A DNA stretch of 64,000 nucleotides from NCBI GenBank assembly GCA_965216675.1, contig CBDCGK010000004.1, forward strand, positions 4,482,398 through 4,546,397. Direction: 5' to 3'. Positions 20,350 through 32,414 of the stretch are shown here, piece after piece. How positions within the stretch are numbered: the first letter of the stretch is position 1; every line of letters starts with the position of its first letter. The stretch is from Acidimicrobiales bacterium (GTDB lineage: Bacteria > Actinomycetota > Acidimicrobiia > Acidimicrobiales > SZUA-35). Under the pieces are notes generated by a model. It ran no database searches, was not told the DNA's origin, and saw only the letters and a list, made by a program, of their open reading frames with translations. Both the position numbers and the translations under genes were made by a program.

Positions 20350-21467
20350 TCAGCGTTCGACGCCGGTGAAGGCGACGGCGACCTCGCCGTTGGCCGGCCG
20401 GTGATGGAGCAGGCCGGCGAGCCCGGCGGTGCCGGTGGCGCTCACGGGGACCGGTGTGTACTCACGGGCGAGCCGGTAGGCGTCGACGATGGTGGTCTCG
20501 GGAACGACGAGTGGCTCGCCGCCGGTGGCTTTCGTTCGTCGGAGCAGTGGCAGCCAGTCGTAGGTCACATCGTCGAGGATGCCGGTTGCGGCGCTGGTCG
20601 GCTCGGTGTCCCACGGCCACATGAAGTCATCCGGATGGGTGGCGGCGTCGTCGAAGTCGAATCCCGGAGCCAGCCGATCCCAGGCCCGGTGCAGCGGAGC
20701 GCAACCTTCGGCCTGCACCGGATAGAGGGTGGCTTGGGGAACGCCGAGCGAGACGGCGGTGGCCAGGGCGCCTCCGCCGACCTGAACGTACAGGGCTTCG
20801 ATCGGGCCGGCCTGTTCGGCCAGCTCCCAGCCGAGGGTCCTCCCCCCGTCGAACGTGGTTGCCGTCTCGGTGCCCTGCACGGTGAACGGGCGAGACCCGC
20901 CTGCAGCCGCCTCCCGGTAGCGAAGGTAGGCCGGGTCGCCGGCCTCACCGCTGCGCCGGGGACACTGCTCGACGGTGGCGCCGAGGTCGCCGAGTCGTTC
21001 CACGACCGGCTCATCGGCCCACGTCGGCACGAAGACCTGAAGCTCACGCCTCATCGCCGCAGCGATGACGCCGGCGGCCATCGCGGCGTTTCCGCACGAG
21101 GCGATGGCCAGCGGCGGTGCCTGATCGTCGGGTGGGGCGATGCCGAGTTGGCGATCGACGGTGAGATGGAGGGCGACCCCGAACAGGTGACGCGCCTTGT
21201 GGGATCCCGAGACGTTGCCGGTCTCGTCCTTGATCGTGAGTGCGACGTCGCGGCCCAGCCCGGCAGCTGAGGCCAGGGCCGTGCTGTCGACCAGCGGCGT
21301 GATGGTGAAACCCTGTCCGTCGACCGCCGCCACCGCGGCGTCGAGTGAGCCGACCATGTCGACGAACCATTCGTCGCCCAGGCCGGCGTCGAGGGCTCGC
21401 CGATGGGAGTCGAGGCGCTCCCGGTAGCGGATGAACGGGTTCTGCTCCCCGGCGAGGGCCGGGTCGG

Positions 21468-21471
<4 letters not shown>
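20350..21471 (-). CDS. Fold-type II PLP enzyme, threonine synthase-like
   Basis: [15 protein letters not shown] (PLP Lys), ASCGNAA, QVGGGAL. Overlaps the upstream gene's stop by 4 bp. Confidence 0.82.
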
Positions 21472-23024
<1,553 letters not shown>

Positions 23025-23064
23025 GTTTCGTTCTCCGTTGGGCTGAGCCTGGTTGATCGTTCGG

Positions 23065-23099
23065 TTCTGGTGCGCTGCTTCTGGTGCGCTGCTTCTGGT
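23065..23099. repeat. Intergenic 14-bp tandem repeat, (TTCTGGTGCGCTGC) x2.5
   Basis: Read directly between ssnA and the PLP gene. Confidence 0.75.
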
Positions 23100-23115
23100 C
23101 GGTCGGAGCTGTCGC

Positions 23116-24186
23116 TCAGATCTGTTCGAGGCGGGCGAACAGGCGCGTCGCCGCCTCGGCCGCCTTGTTCCTGATCTCGTCGCCGTCGACCTTGGTCGGC
23201 CGGCCGTCGGCCCACACCACCTCTCCGTCGATCTCGACCCGAGTCGGTGAAACCTGGGTGGTGTAGGCCAAACGCCAGGGATCCATCTGGCGGTAGTTCC
23301 ACGTGACGACGTCGTTTCGAGCCTCCGGGAACAGGGACCAGTTGGTCTCGAGCCAGCCCCACGCCAGATCGGGCCCGACGGTCACGTCGGCCTCCCTGGT
23401 CTTGACGAAGGCCACCCGGAACTCGTCGAGCATGTCGGTGCCGATCCCGTCGGTCCCGAGCGCCACCGGATTGTCGAACCGCCGGGGGTTGGCGTAGCCG
23501 ACGCCATTGTTCATGTTCGACCGGGGGTTGTGCACGATCGTGCCCGACAGACCGTGGTCGTCGGGCAGGTGAACCCCGTGGATGAGCAGCCAGTCTTCGG
23601 CGGTATGGCCTTCCAGCTTGCGCCAGTCGTCGACCTGGCCTTCGGCCACGTGCACGTGGACGCCGACGTTGTGGCGGCGCGCCAATTCCGCGGCGGCGGC
23701 GATGGTGTCGGGCTCGCAGGTGAAGGCGGCGTGCAGGCCGACCATGCCCCTGCCGCCTTCGGACAGGAACCGGTCGTTCTCGGCCAGACCGGTGGCCGCG
23801 CCCTCCGGGCCGTGACGATCGGTCACGCCGTAGGCGCAGTTGACCCGGACACCGACCTCGGCGCAGGCATCGGCGATGACCGACAGCGAACCCTCGATGG
23901 CGTTGGGTGATTCGTGGTGGTCGATGATGGCGGTGCAGCCGGCCTCGAGCGCGGTGAGTGCCGCCAGTTTGGCCGACCACTCGATCAGCTCCGCGTCGAG
24001 GGCGAGATCGAGGCGCCACCAGACCAGTTCGAGGATTTCGGGAAACGACGTCGGGGTGCGGGGCGGCGCCGGCATCCCGCGGGCCAAAGCCGAGTAGAAG
24101 TGGTTGTGGGCGCAGACCAGGCCCGGTGTCTGATTTGGGGCGAGCTCGGGATGGTCCGGGGTCGGTGCCTTCGGTGACGGTGACAT
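23116..24186 (-). CDS. ssnA: SsnA-like amidohydrolase
   Basis: [65 protein letters not shown]. Confidence 0.8.
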   Translation of the reverse strand: MSPSPKAPTPDHPELAPNQTPGLVCAHNHFYSALARGMPAPPRTPTSFPEILELVWWRLDLALDAELIEWSAKLAALTALEAGCTAIIDHHESPNAIEGSLSVIADACAEVGVRVNCAYGVTDRHGPEGAATGLAENDRFLSEGGRGMVGLHAAFTCEPDTIAAAAELARRHNVGVHVHVAEGQVDDWRKLEGHTAEDWLLIHGVHLPDDHGLSGTIVHNPRSNMNNGVGYANPRRFDNPVALGTDGIGTDMLDEFRVAFVKTREADVTVGPDLAWGWLETNWSLFPEARNDVVTWNYRQMDPWRLAYTTQVSPTRVEIDGEVVWADGRPTKVDGDEIRNKAAEAATRLFARLEQI

Positions 24187-24194
24187 CGTTGGTC

Positions 24195-24222
24195 AGCGTA
24201 GCGGAACTGAACATTTTGTTAA
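24195..24222 (-). promoter_or_regulatory. ssnA promoter with shared operator TTAACAAAATGTTCA
   Basis: Minus strand reads TTAACA-16nt-TACGCT, 8 nt before the ATG. Motif shared with the xdh and ygfK-like upstream regions. Confidence 0.7.
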
Positions 24223-24347
24223 AGGTGCTCGCTGTCGGCCGTCGCCGCTACCGTCGTCCCAGGAACGCCGGCCGTTCTGCTCGGGGTCGAGGCCTCCATA
24301 CCAGTGCTCCTTTCGGGAGCCCAATGTGGAGGTGTAATCTTGTGTCC

Positions 24348-24983
24348 ATGCCTGCAGTGGTTTTCGACCACGACGCCCATCCCCCCGGTTTGCCGGACGA
24401 TCTGAAGATGCCCGAGCGCGCCGTGCATCGACGAGCGGTCGACGTCATCGGCCTGGCCTCCACCAGGCTCCTCGGACCATCGATCCGTGTGTTTCGGGAC
24501 ATGAACTGGTACCCGGCCGACGGCGGAAACGCCACCGCCCCCGACATCATGTTCCTTCCCGCCGAGGCGGTGGAGGCGTCGCCGCGCTCCTATCGCCAGG
24601 CCGACGGCCCACCACCTCTCGTGGTGGTGGAGATACCGTCCGATGACGACGGATTCGCCGCCTTTCGGGCCAAGGCGAAAAGGGCACAGGCCAATGGGTC
24701 GGTCGTCTACATCGCCGTTGTCGACGGCCCGGACCGGGTGGTCCTTCGCCTCGGGCTCGACGACACGGAGTTCGTGGCCTGGACCGGTCGACCGATCAGC
24801 GAACTCGGAGGTCTGCGGATCGACTACGACGACGGTGAACTCACCGTCGTGCTCCCCGACGGTCTCCGGGCCCGCAGTGACGCCGACCTGGTTTCGGCGG
24901 CAGAGACGAAAGCCGCCGAGATGAGCGCGAAGGCCGACGAGATGGCCCGCCTGCTTCGCGAGCACGGTATCGATCCCGGCTGA
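24348..24983 (+). CDS. Uma2/DUF820-family PD-(D/E)XK endonuclease-like protein
   Basis: MPE..H, DMNWYP..APDIMF, PLVVVEIPS, C-terminal coiled coil LREHGIDP. TAATCT lies 7 nt before the ATG. Confidence 0.75.
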   Translation: MPAVVFDHDAHPPGLPDDLKMPERAVHRRAVDVIGLASTRLLGPSIRVFRDMNWYPADGGNATAPDIMFLPAEAVEASPRSYRQADGPPPLVVVEIPSDDDGFAAFRAKAKRAQANGSVVYIAVVDGPDRVVLRLGLDDTEFVAWTGRPISELGGLRIDYDDGELTVVLPDGLRARSDADLVSAAETKAAEMSAKADEMARLLREHGIDPG

Positions 24984-25019
24984 CAGCCGTGTGATCGTGC
25001 CTGAGCCGGTCTGAACCGG

Positions 25020-27683
25020 TCAGGTGGTCGACACCGTCCAGGCCTCGACTCGCTCGCGGTTCTTCTCGTTGGCCATCGGCAGCTCGTTGTGCCATGTTCC
25101 GGTGGCTTGATGCAGCGCAGCGGCAACGGCGCCGGCCGTGGGAACCAGGCCGATCTCGCCGACTCCCTTGATGCCGTAGGGCGAGTTCGGCTCCGGCGAC
25201 TCGACGAGGATGACGGTGACCGGTGGCATGTCCTTGGGGCGGATGATGGCCAGGCTTCGGAGGGTGTCGTTGGTGGGCCGTCCGTCGACGTCGCACGGGA
25301 ACCCCTCGGTCAAGGCGTAGCCGAGCCCCATGTGGACGGCGCCCTCGACCTGTCCCTCACACAGCAGCGGGTTGACGGCTCGTCCCACATCGTGGGCGGC
25401 CACGACGTGTTCCACCTCACCCGTCTCCGGATCGGCGATCACAACTTGGGCGGCGTACCCGAAGGTGGAGTGGATGATCGGGTTCTCGACACCCTCGGAC
25501 AGCGAGTTGGTCCAGTCGACCCGGTACTCGCCCTCGTAGTCGACCCCCACCCGGCAGCCGTCGGCCATCGCCTTGCGGCAGGCGTCGGCGACCGACCCGG
25601 CGCCCATCAGTGTTCCCCGACTGCCGGTGGTCTGTCCGGCGCCGAGCTCCCGGGTTGAATCGACGATCACGTCGATCCGGTCTGCCTCGACGCCCAGTTC
25701 CTCGACCGCCACCTGGAGAGCGACGGTGTGCACGCCCTGGCCCATTTCGGTCCAGCAGTGGCGCACCTCGACCCGCGGCTCGGACCCATCCGCTCCCGCA
25801 TTCCGCGGATCGACGAAGCGGACGACGGCCCGAGCGATCTCCTTGAAACCGTTCCCGAGCCCCGAGTTCTTGAGCCCGAGACCGAGGCCGACGGCCTTCC
25901 CCGCAGCGACCGCGTCGTCGTAGTACGGCTTGACGGCATCGAGGCATGCCTGGGCCCCGAGGCAGCCGTCGTCCATGATCTGGCCCGGACCCCATTTCAC
26001 GCCGGGGCTGATCACATTGCGGTTTCGCATCTCCCAGCCGCTGATGCCGACCTTCTCGGCCAGGCGGTCCATGACCCCCTCCATGGCGAATTGGGCCTGG
26101 TTGGCTCCGAAGCCCCGAAAGGCGCCGCACACCGAGTTGTTGGAGCGGGCGGCGATGGCGTCGACGTCGATGTTGGGCACCACATAGGGGCCCGAGGCGT
26201 GTCCGGCGGCCCGTTCCAGGACCTTCATGCCGACCGAGGCGTAGGGTCCGGAGTCACCGATCATCCGAATGTGGAGACCGGTCAGTTTGCCGTCGGCGTC
26301 ACAGCCGGCCCGGTATTCCATTCGGATCGGATGTCGTTTGGGGTGGATCAGCAGCGACTCCTCGCGGGTCAGCGTGGTGCGCACCGGTCGCCGCAGCAGC
26401 CACGCGGCGAGCGCGGTCTGGCCCTGGTTGGACATGTCCTCCTTGCCGCCGAACGCCCCACCGTTGGAGACCAGCTCGGTCACGACGATCTCGGGATCGA
26501 CGTCGAGGATGCGGGCGATGTCGTTGCGGTCGTCCCAGATGCCCTGACCGCCGGTGAAAACCATCAGCCGGTCGAAGTCGACGGCTTCGCCCGGTCGGGT
26601 CGTCAGCGGGAGTGGCGTTCCGGCGGGAACCGGCATGGCCAGCGTGGACTCGGGCTCGAGGAAGGCGTGTTCGATGCGTTGCGTCTGGAACGTCTCGATC
26701 ACCGTGTGGGCCGATGCCGCCAGCGCGGCCTCGGCGTCGCCCCGCCGGTAGGTGGAACGGGAGAGAACGTTGCCGTCGAGCTGCCACACCGCATCGTCGT
26801 CGGATTCGACGTTGACGACGGGGTTGGTCATCGGCGGCAACACGTCGTAGGACACGGCGATCTCGGCCGCGGCCCGTCGGGCCGTGAACGGATCGGCGGC
26901 CACCACCAGAGCGAGCACATCGCCGAGGTACGAGGTGCGCCCACCGACCGGAATGAAGACCGGCCAGTCCTTGTGGATGAGACCGGTGCGGAGTTCGCCC
27001 GGCACGTCGGCCGCGGTGAAGACCCGCTCCACGCCGTCCATGGCCTCGGCGGCCGAGGTGTCGATCGACAAGACGTCGGCCCGGGCGTGATCGGCCAACC
27101 TCACCGCACCGTGGAGGAGGCCGTCCGGCGTCATGTCGTCGATGTAGGGACGGGAGCCGAGGGTGAGCGGCTCGGCCTCGTACTTGACGCCTCGGGATCC
27201 GACACCCTTCGGGCTGAGCGCAACCGGGACCTCGCCGGTGGCCAGGTCCTCGATCGCGTCGAGAATCTTGATGTAGCCGGTGCAGCGACAGAGGTTGCCC
27301 CCGAGCAGCCGGGCCGCGTCATCGCGCTGCAGCTCGGCCCCCTTCTTGTCGATCATGGCCTTGGTGCGCATGACGATACCGGGGGTACAGAAGCCGCACT
27401 GGAGCGCACCGTGGGCGGCGAAGGTCTTGGCCATGGCCTCGGCCTCGGAGGCGTCGAGGCCTTCGACGGTGAGCACCTCGGCCCCGTCGACCTTCGCCAT
27501 CGGCGTTTGGCAGGCGACCCGAGCCTTTCCATCGACGATCACGGTGCAGCAGCCGCATTGACCGGAGGGGGCACAGCCGTCCTTGGGGGAGATCACGCCC
27601 AACTCCAGGCGCAGTGCGGCGAGAAGGTGCTCGTGGTCGTTGGAGGCCGATACCGGCCTTCCGTTGAGAATGAAGTCGGTCAT
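25020..27683 (-). CDS. Xanthine dehydrogenase-family molybdenum hydroxylase with fused 2x[2Fe-2S] domain, selenium-dependent XDH/XdhD-like
   Basis: KDGCAPSGQCGCCTV, QCGFCTPG, NLCRCTGY, IEHAFLEPE, GGAFGGKED, HPKRHP, AFRGFGANQ, EMGQG, TTGSRGT, KGVGEIG. Confidence 0.88.
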   Translation of the reverse strand: MTDFILNGRPVSASNDHEHLLAALRLELGVISPKDGCAPSGQCGCCTVIVDGKARVACQTPMAKVDGAEVLTVEGLDASEAEAMAKTFAAHGALQCGFCTPGIVMRTKAMIDKKGAELQRDDAARLLGGNLCRCTGYIKILDAIEDLATGEVPVALSPKGVGSRGVKYEAEPLTLGSRPYIDDMTPDGLLHGAVRLADHARADVLSIDTSAAEAMDGVERVFTAADVPGELRTGLIHKDWPVFIPVGGRTSYLGDVLALVVAADPFTARRAAAEIAVSYDVLPPMTNPVVNVESDDDAVWQLDGNVLSRSTYRRGDAEAALAASAHTVIETFQTQRIEHAFLEPESTLAMPVPAGTPLPLTTRPGEAVDFDRLMVFTGGQGIWDDRNDIARILDVDPEIVVTELVSNGGAFGGKEDMSNQGQTALAAWLLRRPVRTTLTREESLLIHPKRHPIRMEYRAGCDADGKLTGLHIRMIGDSGPYASVGMKVLERAAGHASGPYVVPNIDVDAIAARSNNSVCGAFRGFGANQAQFAMEGVMDRLAEKVGISGWEMRNRNVISPGVKWGPGQIMDDGCLGAQACLDAVKPYYDDAVAAGKAVGLGLGLKNSGLGNGFKEIARAVVRFVDPRNAGADGSEPRVEVRHCWTEMGQGVHTVALQVAVEELGVEADRIDVIVDSTRELGAGQTTGSRGTLMGAGSVADACRKAMADGCRVGVDYEGEYRVDWTNSLSEGVENPIIHSTFGYAAQVVIADPETGEVEHVVAAHDVGRAVNPLLCEGQVEGAVHMGLGYALTEGFPCDVDGRPTNDTLRSLAIIRPKDMPPVTVILVESPEPNSPYGIKGVGEIGLVPTAGAVAAALHQATGTWHNELPMANEKNRERVEAWTVSTT

Positions 27684-27752
27684 GCGGGCGCGCCTCGCTT
27701 GCTTTCGAGCGGTGGTGAATCCGGATTGTGTCGACGGTGGCTGGCCGAGCCC

Positions 27753-27781
27753 AAGATAGTAGCGGTTTAACAATTTGTAAA
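27753..27781 (-). promoter_or_regulatory. xdh promoter with shared operator TTTACAAATTGTTAA
   Basis: Minus strand reads TTTACA-17nt-TATCTT. Imperfect palindrome TTnACA-N3-TGTnAA. Confidence 0.72.
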
Positions 27782-27875
27782 GCTCGTGTGGACGAGCCTG
27801 GGAGCCTCGGACGACCGGCCCACGCGATCGTTGGGGCCGGATCGTCGCGGTATGCCGACGGCTGACCTAGCATGA

Positions 27876-30134
27876 GTGCCTGTGTTGTGGTGGCTCCTCC
27901 TCTCCCATGTGGTTGGCGTGGCCATTTCCGCGTTGGCCGGTTGGCGTTGGGGCATCCGCCAAGGGCTGACTGCGGCGGCCGCCGCCCCGCTGGCCACCAC
28001 GATCTGGGCGGCGACCCGCCTCGTCTCGGGAGCCGGGTCGGAGACCACGGAGATCACCTGGGTGGACGGATTGGACCTCGCCCTCCGGTTCCGTACCGAC
28101 GCCCTCGCCATGCTCATGACCCTGCTCGTGTCCGGCATCGGTGTGCTCGTCTTCGCCTACGCCACCGCCTATTTCGCCCCCGACGCCGCAGGCCGTGCCC
28201 GCTTTCCGGCCACGCTTCTGGCGTTCTCGATGTCGATGCTCGGGCTCGTGTTGGCCGATTCGGTCTGGACCCTGTTCGTGTTCTGGGAGTTGACGTCCAT
28301 TACCTCGTTCCTGCTCGTCGGCCACAAGAGCACCAGCCCCACGGTGCTCGATGCCGCCCGCAGGGCTCTGATGATCACCGCCGGTGGCGGTCTCGTGCTC
28401 ATGGTCGGGTTGCTGGTCCTGGTCGACGTGGCCGGCACGTCGACCCTCAGTGCCCTCGAGCCGGTTGAGGGATCGGCCGCATCGCTGGCCGCCGCCCTCA
28501 TCATGGTCGGAGCCGCCACCAAGTCGGCGCAGATCCCGTTCCACATCTGGCTCCCGGGTGCCATGGCGGCACCGACACCGGTCTCCGCCTACCTCCACTC
28601 GGCCACAATGGTCAAGGCCGGGGTTTTTCTGGTGGCCGTTCTCGGGCCGGTGCTCGCTGACAACGGGGTGTGGATGATCTCAGGCCTTGTGTTCGGCATC
28701 TCGTCGATGTTGTGGGGTGCCATCGGCGCCCTACGCCATGACGACGCCAAGTTGATCCTGGCCTGGGGCACGGTCTCCCAGCTGGGCCTGTTGATCACCC
28801 TGCTGTCGCTCGGCACGGCCAAGGGCGTCTTCGCCGCCATCTCGCTGCTCTTCGCCCATGCCCTGTTCAAGGCTGCGCTGTTCATCGTGGTCGGCGAGAT
28901 CGACGTGCGGACCGGTACGCGCAGCATCACCGAACTCGGCGGACTGGCATCGAAGATGCCGCTCGCCGCCGTCGTGGCCGTTGCCGCCGGAGCGTCGATG
29001 GCGGGCGTGCCGCCGTTACTCGGGTTCGCGGCCAAGGAGGCGGCCGTCGAGGCGGCGCTCGAACTCGACGGACCGCTGTTCGCCGTCGCCGGTCTGTCCA
29101 TCCTGGTTGGCGCGGTGCTCACCGTGGCCTACACCACCAGGTTGTTGCTCGGGCTCTTCGGTTCGGGGCCCGATGTGGCAGTGGCACCGGGTCGCACACT
29201 GCTGGCGGCGCCGTCGGTCGTGCTCGCCGCCGCCGGTCTCGCCGGGTTCGTGTTCATCGGCCCGGTCAACGCCATGGTCGGGCCGGCGGCGATCGAAGTC
29301 GATCCTGAAGCGGCCGTCTACACCCTGTATCGATGGCCGGGTCTGACGCTCGGTCTCACGGTGTCGGCGATCGTGGTCGCGGTTGGACTCGTCGTGGGCC
29401 GGGCTGTGTACGCACTCGATCCCGCAGTCCCGAGGGCGATCGGCGCGGCGGCAACCGACCGGTTGTTGAACGGGATTCCATCGACATGCCGGATGGTCAT
29501 CGGTCGCATTCAGCACGGCTCGCTGCCGATCTATCTCGCAACCATGGCCGGCGTGGCGTCCTTGGCGGTGCTGCCCATGGCGCTGCACTATTCGGCCGAC
29601 CACATCGTGTTGTGGAACGACCCCCTGCAGGCGGTGCTGGCCGCCGTCATCCTGGCCGCATCCGTGGCCGGCGGTTTCGTCGGCTCCCGTCTCGGCGCCG
29701 CGCTCACGCTGGGCGCTGTCGGCATCTGCGTCTCGGGGGTCTATGTCCTGCATGGCGCCCCGGATCTGGCGCTGACCCAGTTACTGGTGGAAACGGTGAT
29801 CGTCGTCGGGTTCGTACTCGGCCTCGGTCATCTGGCCCGCCGGTTTCCCGACAGCCCCGACGCCTGGCAGGCGGTCCGGATTGTCGTGTCGCTGGCCGTC
29901 GGTATCGGCGTCTCGGCCGGCTTGGCCGTCGCAGCCGCCCAGCCCGTCGGAAGCCCGCCGGTCGAGGACCTGGTTCGCCTCGCCGCTGACGAGGGTGGGG
30001 GTGCCAATGTGGTCAACGTGATCCTGACCGACATCCGAGCCCTGGACACGCTCGGCGAGATCACGGTGCTCGTTGTCGTGGCTCTCGGCCTCGGGGCACT
30101 GGCCAATGTCCGGCGATCCGAGGCTAGACCATGA
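27876..30134 (+). CDS. mrpA: Mrp Na+/H+ antiporter subunit A
   Basis: FWELTSITSFLL, TKSAQIPFHIWLPGAMAAPTPVSAYLHSATMVKAG, HALFKA, APDLALTQ, DIRALDTLGE. Start 27876 or 27882. Confidence 0.93.
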   Translation: MPVLWWLLLSHVVGVAISALAGWRWGIRQGLTAAAAAPLATTIWAATRLVSGAGSETTEITWVDGLDLALRFRTDALAMLMTLLVSGIGVLVFAYATAYFAPDAAGRARFPATLLAFSMSMLGLVLADSVWTLFVFWELTSITSFLLVGHKSTSPTVLDAARRALMITAGGGLVLMVGLLVLVDVAGTSTLSALEPVEGSAASLAAALIMVGAATKSAQIPFHIWLPGAMAAPTPVSAYLHSATMVKAGVFLVAVLGPVLADNGVWMISGLVFGISSMLWGAIGALRHDDAKLILAWGTVSQLGLLITLLSLGTAKGVFAAISLLFAHALFKAALFIVVGEIDVRTGTRSITELGGLASKMPLAAVVAVAAGASMAGVPPLLGFAAKEAAVEAALELDGPLFAVAGLSILVGAVLTVAYTTRLLLGLFGSGPDVAVAPGRTLLAAPSVVLAAAGLAGFVFIGPVNAMVGPAAIEVDPEAAVYTLYRWPGLTLGLTVSAIVVAVGLVVGRAVYALDPAVPRAIGAAATDRLLNGIPSTCRMVIGRIQHGSLPIYLATMAGVASLAVLPMALHYSADHIVLWNDPLQAVLAAVILAASVAGGFVGSRLGAALTLGAVGICVSGVYVLHGAPDLALTQLLVETVIVVGFVLGLGHLARRFPDSPDAWQAVRIVVSLAVGIGVSAGLAVAAAQPVGSPPVEDLVRLAADEGGGANVVNVILTDIRALDTLGEITVLVVVALGLGALANVRRSEARP

Positions 30135-30574
30135 TCGCCCGTCGTTCGCCCATGATGGAAGGTGGTGTGCGGCTCATCACGCCTGCTGCCCTGGCGGTTG
30201 GCATCTATCTTCTGTTTGCCGGCCACAACAACCCCGGCGGTGGATTCGCCGCCGGTCTCGTGTTCGGTGCCGTCGTGATCCTCCGAAACCTGGCCGACAT
30301 CCAAGAACCGCGACATGGACGTGAGTTCGTGGCACTGGGCCTGCTCGGTGCGGCCCTGGTGGCCGCCGCGCCGGTGGTGGGTGGCGGTCTGCTGTTCGAT
30401 CAGGTGGTGGTCGACGTCGAGCTTCCCGTTCTGGGCAAGGTCAAGTCGGGTGGTGCCCTTCCGTTCGACATCGCCGTCAGTGCGATCGTCGTCGGCCTGG
30501 TCATCGCTCTGCTCGACGGCCTCGAGGCGTCACGCGATGACCGCTCCCGCCCTCCGATCGAGGATGACGAATGA
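30131..30574 (+). CDS. mrpB: Mrp antiporter subunit B
   Basis: FAGHNNPGGGFAAGL, PFD. Confidence 0.9.
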   Translation: MIARRSPMMEGGVRLITPAALAVGIYLLFAGHNNPGGGFAAGLVFGAVVILRNLADIQEPRHGREFVALGLLGAALVAAAPVVGGGLLFDQVVVDVELPVLGKVKSGGALPFDIAVSAIVVGLVIALLDGLEASRDDRSRPPIEDDE

Positions 30575-30936
30575 GTCTCGCACTGCTCATCGCCATCGGC
30601 GGACTCACCAGTGTGGGTGTCTACCTGATCACCACCCGGTCCCTCAGCCGGATCATTCTCGGCTTTTCCCTGCTCGGTCACGCCACCGTTCTGGCCCTTC
30701 TCGTCGCCGGTGGCCGACCGGGAGCGTCCCCGATCGGAAACGGAGCCGAGGTCTCGAATCCCCTGCCCCAGGCGTTGGGTCTGACGGCCATCGTCATCTC
30801 CTTCGGACTGGCACTCTTCCTGCTCGCCCTGGCCGTTCGTCAGCAGACCCTGACCGGTGACGACCTGGTCGAGGACGACCTCGAGGACCGCCGGGTCGGT
30901 AGCCGTGAAGCGATACAGGAGCGGCCGACGGCGTGA
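30571..30936 (+). CDS. mrpC: Mrp antiporter subunit C
   Basis: NPLPQALGLTAIVISFG. Confidence 0.92.
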   Translation: MSLALLIAIGGLTSVGVYLITTRSLSRIILGFSLLGHATVLALLVAGGRPGASPIGNGAEVSNPLPQALGLTAIVISFGLALFLLALAVRQQTLTGDDLVEDDLEDRRVGSREAIQERPTA

Positions 30937-32414
30937 ACGTTCTCGTGACGCTGATCATTCTTGCTCCTCTGGCCGCCGCAACCATCGGGCTGCTGGTGCG
31001 GGCTCACGCCGGCATCCGGGAGACGGTCGTCGGTCTCGGCCTGGGCACGGCCGCCGTTTCGTCGATTGCCCTCCTGGTGGCGGTGATCCGGGACGGAACG
31101 GTGACGGTCCGGGTCGGAGGCTGGCACCCCGAGCTCGGTGTCGTGCTCGTCGCCGACCTGTTCTCGGCCCTTGTCCTGCCGTGGGCGCTGACCATCATCT
31201 TCGTGGTCGAACTGTACGCCATCGGCCAGCGCAGGACGGCGTGGGGCGCCAATCCGGAACTGTCGGGACCGCTGCTGGCCGTCCTGACCACCGGCCTCGC
31301 GCTCGCGTTCCTCACCGGCGACCTCTTCACGCTGTTCGTCTCGTTCGAGGTCATCCTCGTGTCGAGCTACGTCCTGATCACCCATCAGGGGAGGCCGGGG
31401 CAGATTCGATCGGGCATGACGTATGTCGCCATGAACCTCTTCGTGTCGGCCCTGTTCCTGTTCGGTGTGGCGTTCGTCTACGCCGCCACCGGTACCGTCA
31501 ACCTCGCCCTCCTCGGTGAGCGGCTTCCCGACCTGCCCGATGCCGTGCGACTCGGAATCGGAACCTGGTTCCTCGTCGTGTTCGGGACCAAGGCTGCGGT
31601 CTTCCCGCTGTTCTCGTGGCTGCCCGACGCGTATCCGACGGCCCCCACCAGCATCACGGCGGTTTTCGCCGGTCTGCTGACCAAGGTCGGGATCTATGCG
31701 TTGATCCGCTTCCACACCGTCACCTCCATGAGCGACCTCGGACCGCTGTTCCTCGCGGTTGCCGGTGTCACGATGGTGATCGGGGCCATGGGTGCGCTGG
31801 CACAATCGAACGTGAAGAGGATCCTGTCGTTCCACATCATCAGCCAGGTCGGATACATGGTGATGGGATTGGGACTCTTCTCGGTGGCCGGCGTCGGCGG
31901 TGCCATCTTCTTTCTGCTGCACCACATGCCGGTGAAAACCGTGCTCTTCCTCGTCGGTGGACTCATCGAGAACGAGCAGGGCTCGGGTTCGCTCGACGAG
32001 TCGGGAGGACTGGCACGTCGGGCCCCGTTGGTGGCGGCGCTGTTCGCTGTCCCGGCGCTGAGCCTGGCCGGCATACCACCGTTCTCCGGTTTCGTGGCCA
32101 AGCTGGCGGTCGTGTCCGCCGCCGTCGATCAGGCCGCCACCGCCGTCGTGGTCGCAGCGGTGGCCGCCGGGTTCCTCACCGTGTTGTCGATGAACAAGAT
32201 CTGGATGGGTGCGTTCTGGGGTGAGCGCCCGGACGACGCCGAGCCGGTCACGACCGCAACGGGTAACCGACTGCTGATGCAGGGGTCGACGGCGATCGCC
32301 GTGGTCGCCACCATCATCATCGCCGCGTTGGCCGGATCGTTGCTCGATCTCAGTGTGCGCGCCGCCACCGACCTGCTCGAACCGGCGTCCTACATCGCAG
32401 AGGTGTTGTCGTGA
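30933..32414 (+). CDS. mrpD: Mrp antiporter subunit D
   Basis: TGDLFTLFVSFEV, KAAVFPLFSWLPDAY, LLTKVGIYA, LAGIPPFSGFVAK. Confidence 0.93.
   Translation: MNVLVTLIILAPLAAATIGLLVRAHAGIRETVVGLGLGTAAVSSIALLVAVIRDGTVTVRVGGWHPELGVVLVADLFSALVLPWALTIIFVVELYAIGQRRTAWGANPELSGPLLAVLTTGLALAFLTGDLFTLFVSFEVILVSSYVLITHQGRPGQIRSGMTYVAMNLFVSALFLFGVAFVYAATGTVNLALLGERLPDLPDAVRLGIGTWFLVVFGTKAAVFPLFSWLPDAYPTAPTSITAVFAGLLTKVGIYALIRFHTVTSMSDLGPLFLAVAGVTMVIGAMGALAQSNVKRILSFHIISQVGYMVMGLGLFSVAGVGGAIFFLLHHMPVKTVLFLVGGLIENEQGSGSLDESGGLARRAPLVAALFAVPALSLAGIPPFSGFVAKLAVVSAAVDQAATAVVVAAVAAGFLTVLSMNKIWMGAFWGERPDDAEPVTTATGNRLLMQGSTAIAVVATIIIAALAGSLLDLSVRAATDLLEPASYIAEVLS

Noticed and set aside
25728-27770. 680-aa plus-strand ORF and similar long overlapping ORFs (272-1783, 2434-3960, 57969-59756)
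   Set aside because: Antisense to well-supported genes, with no motifs of their own.
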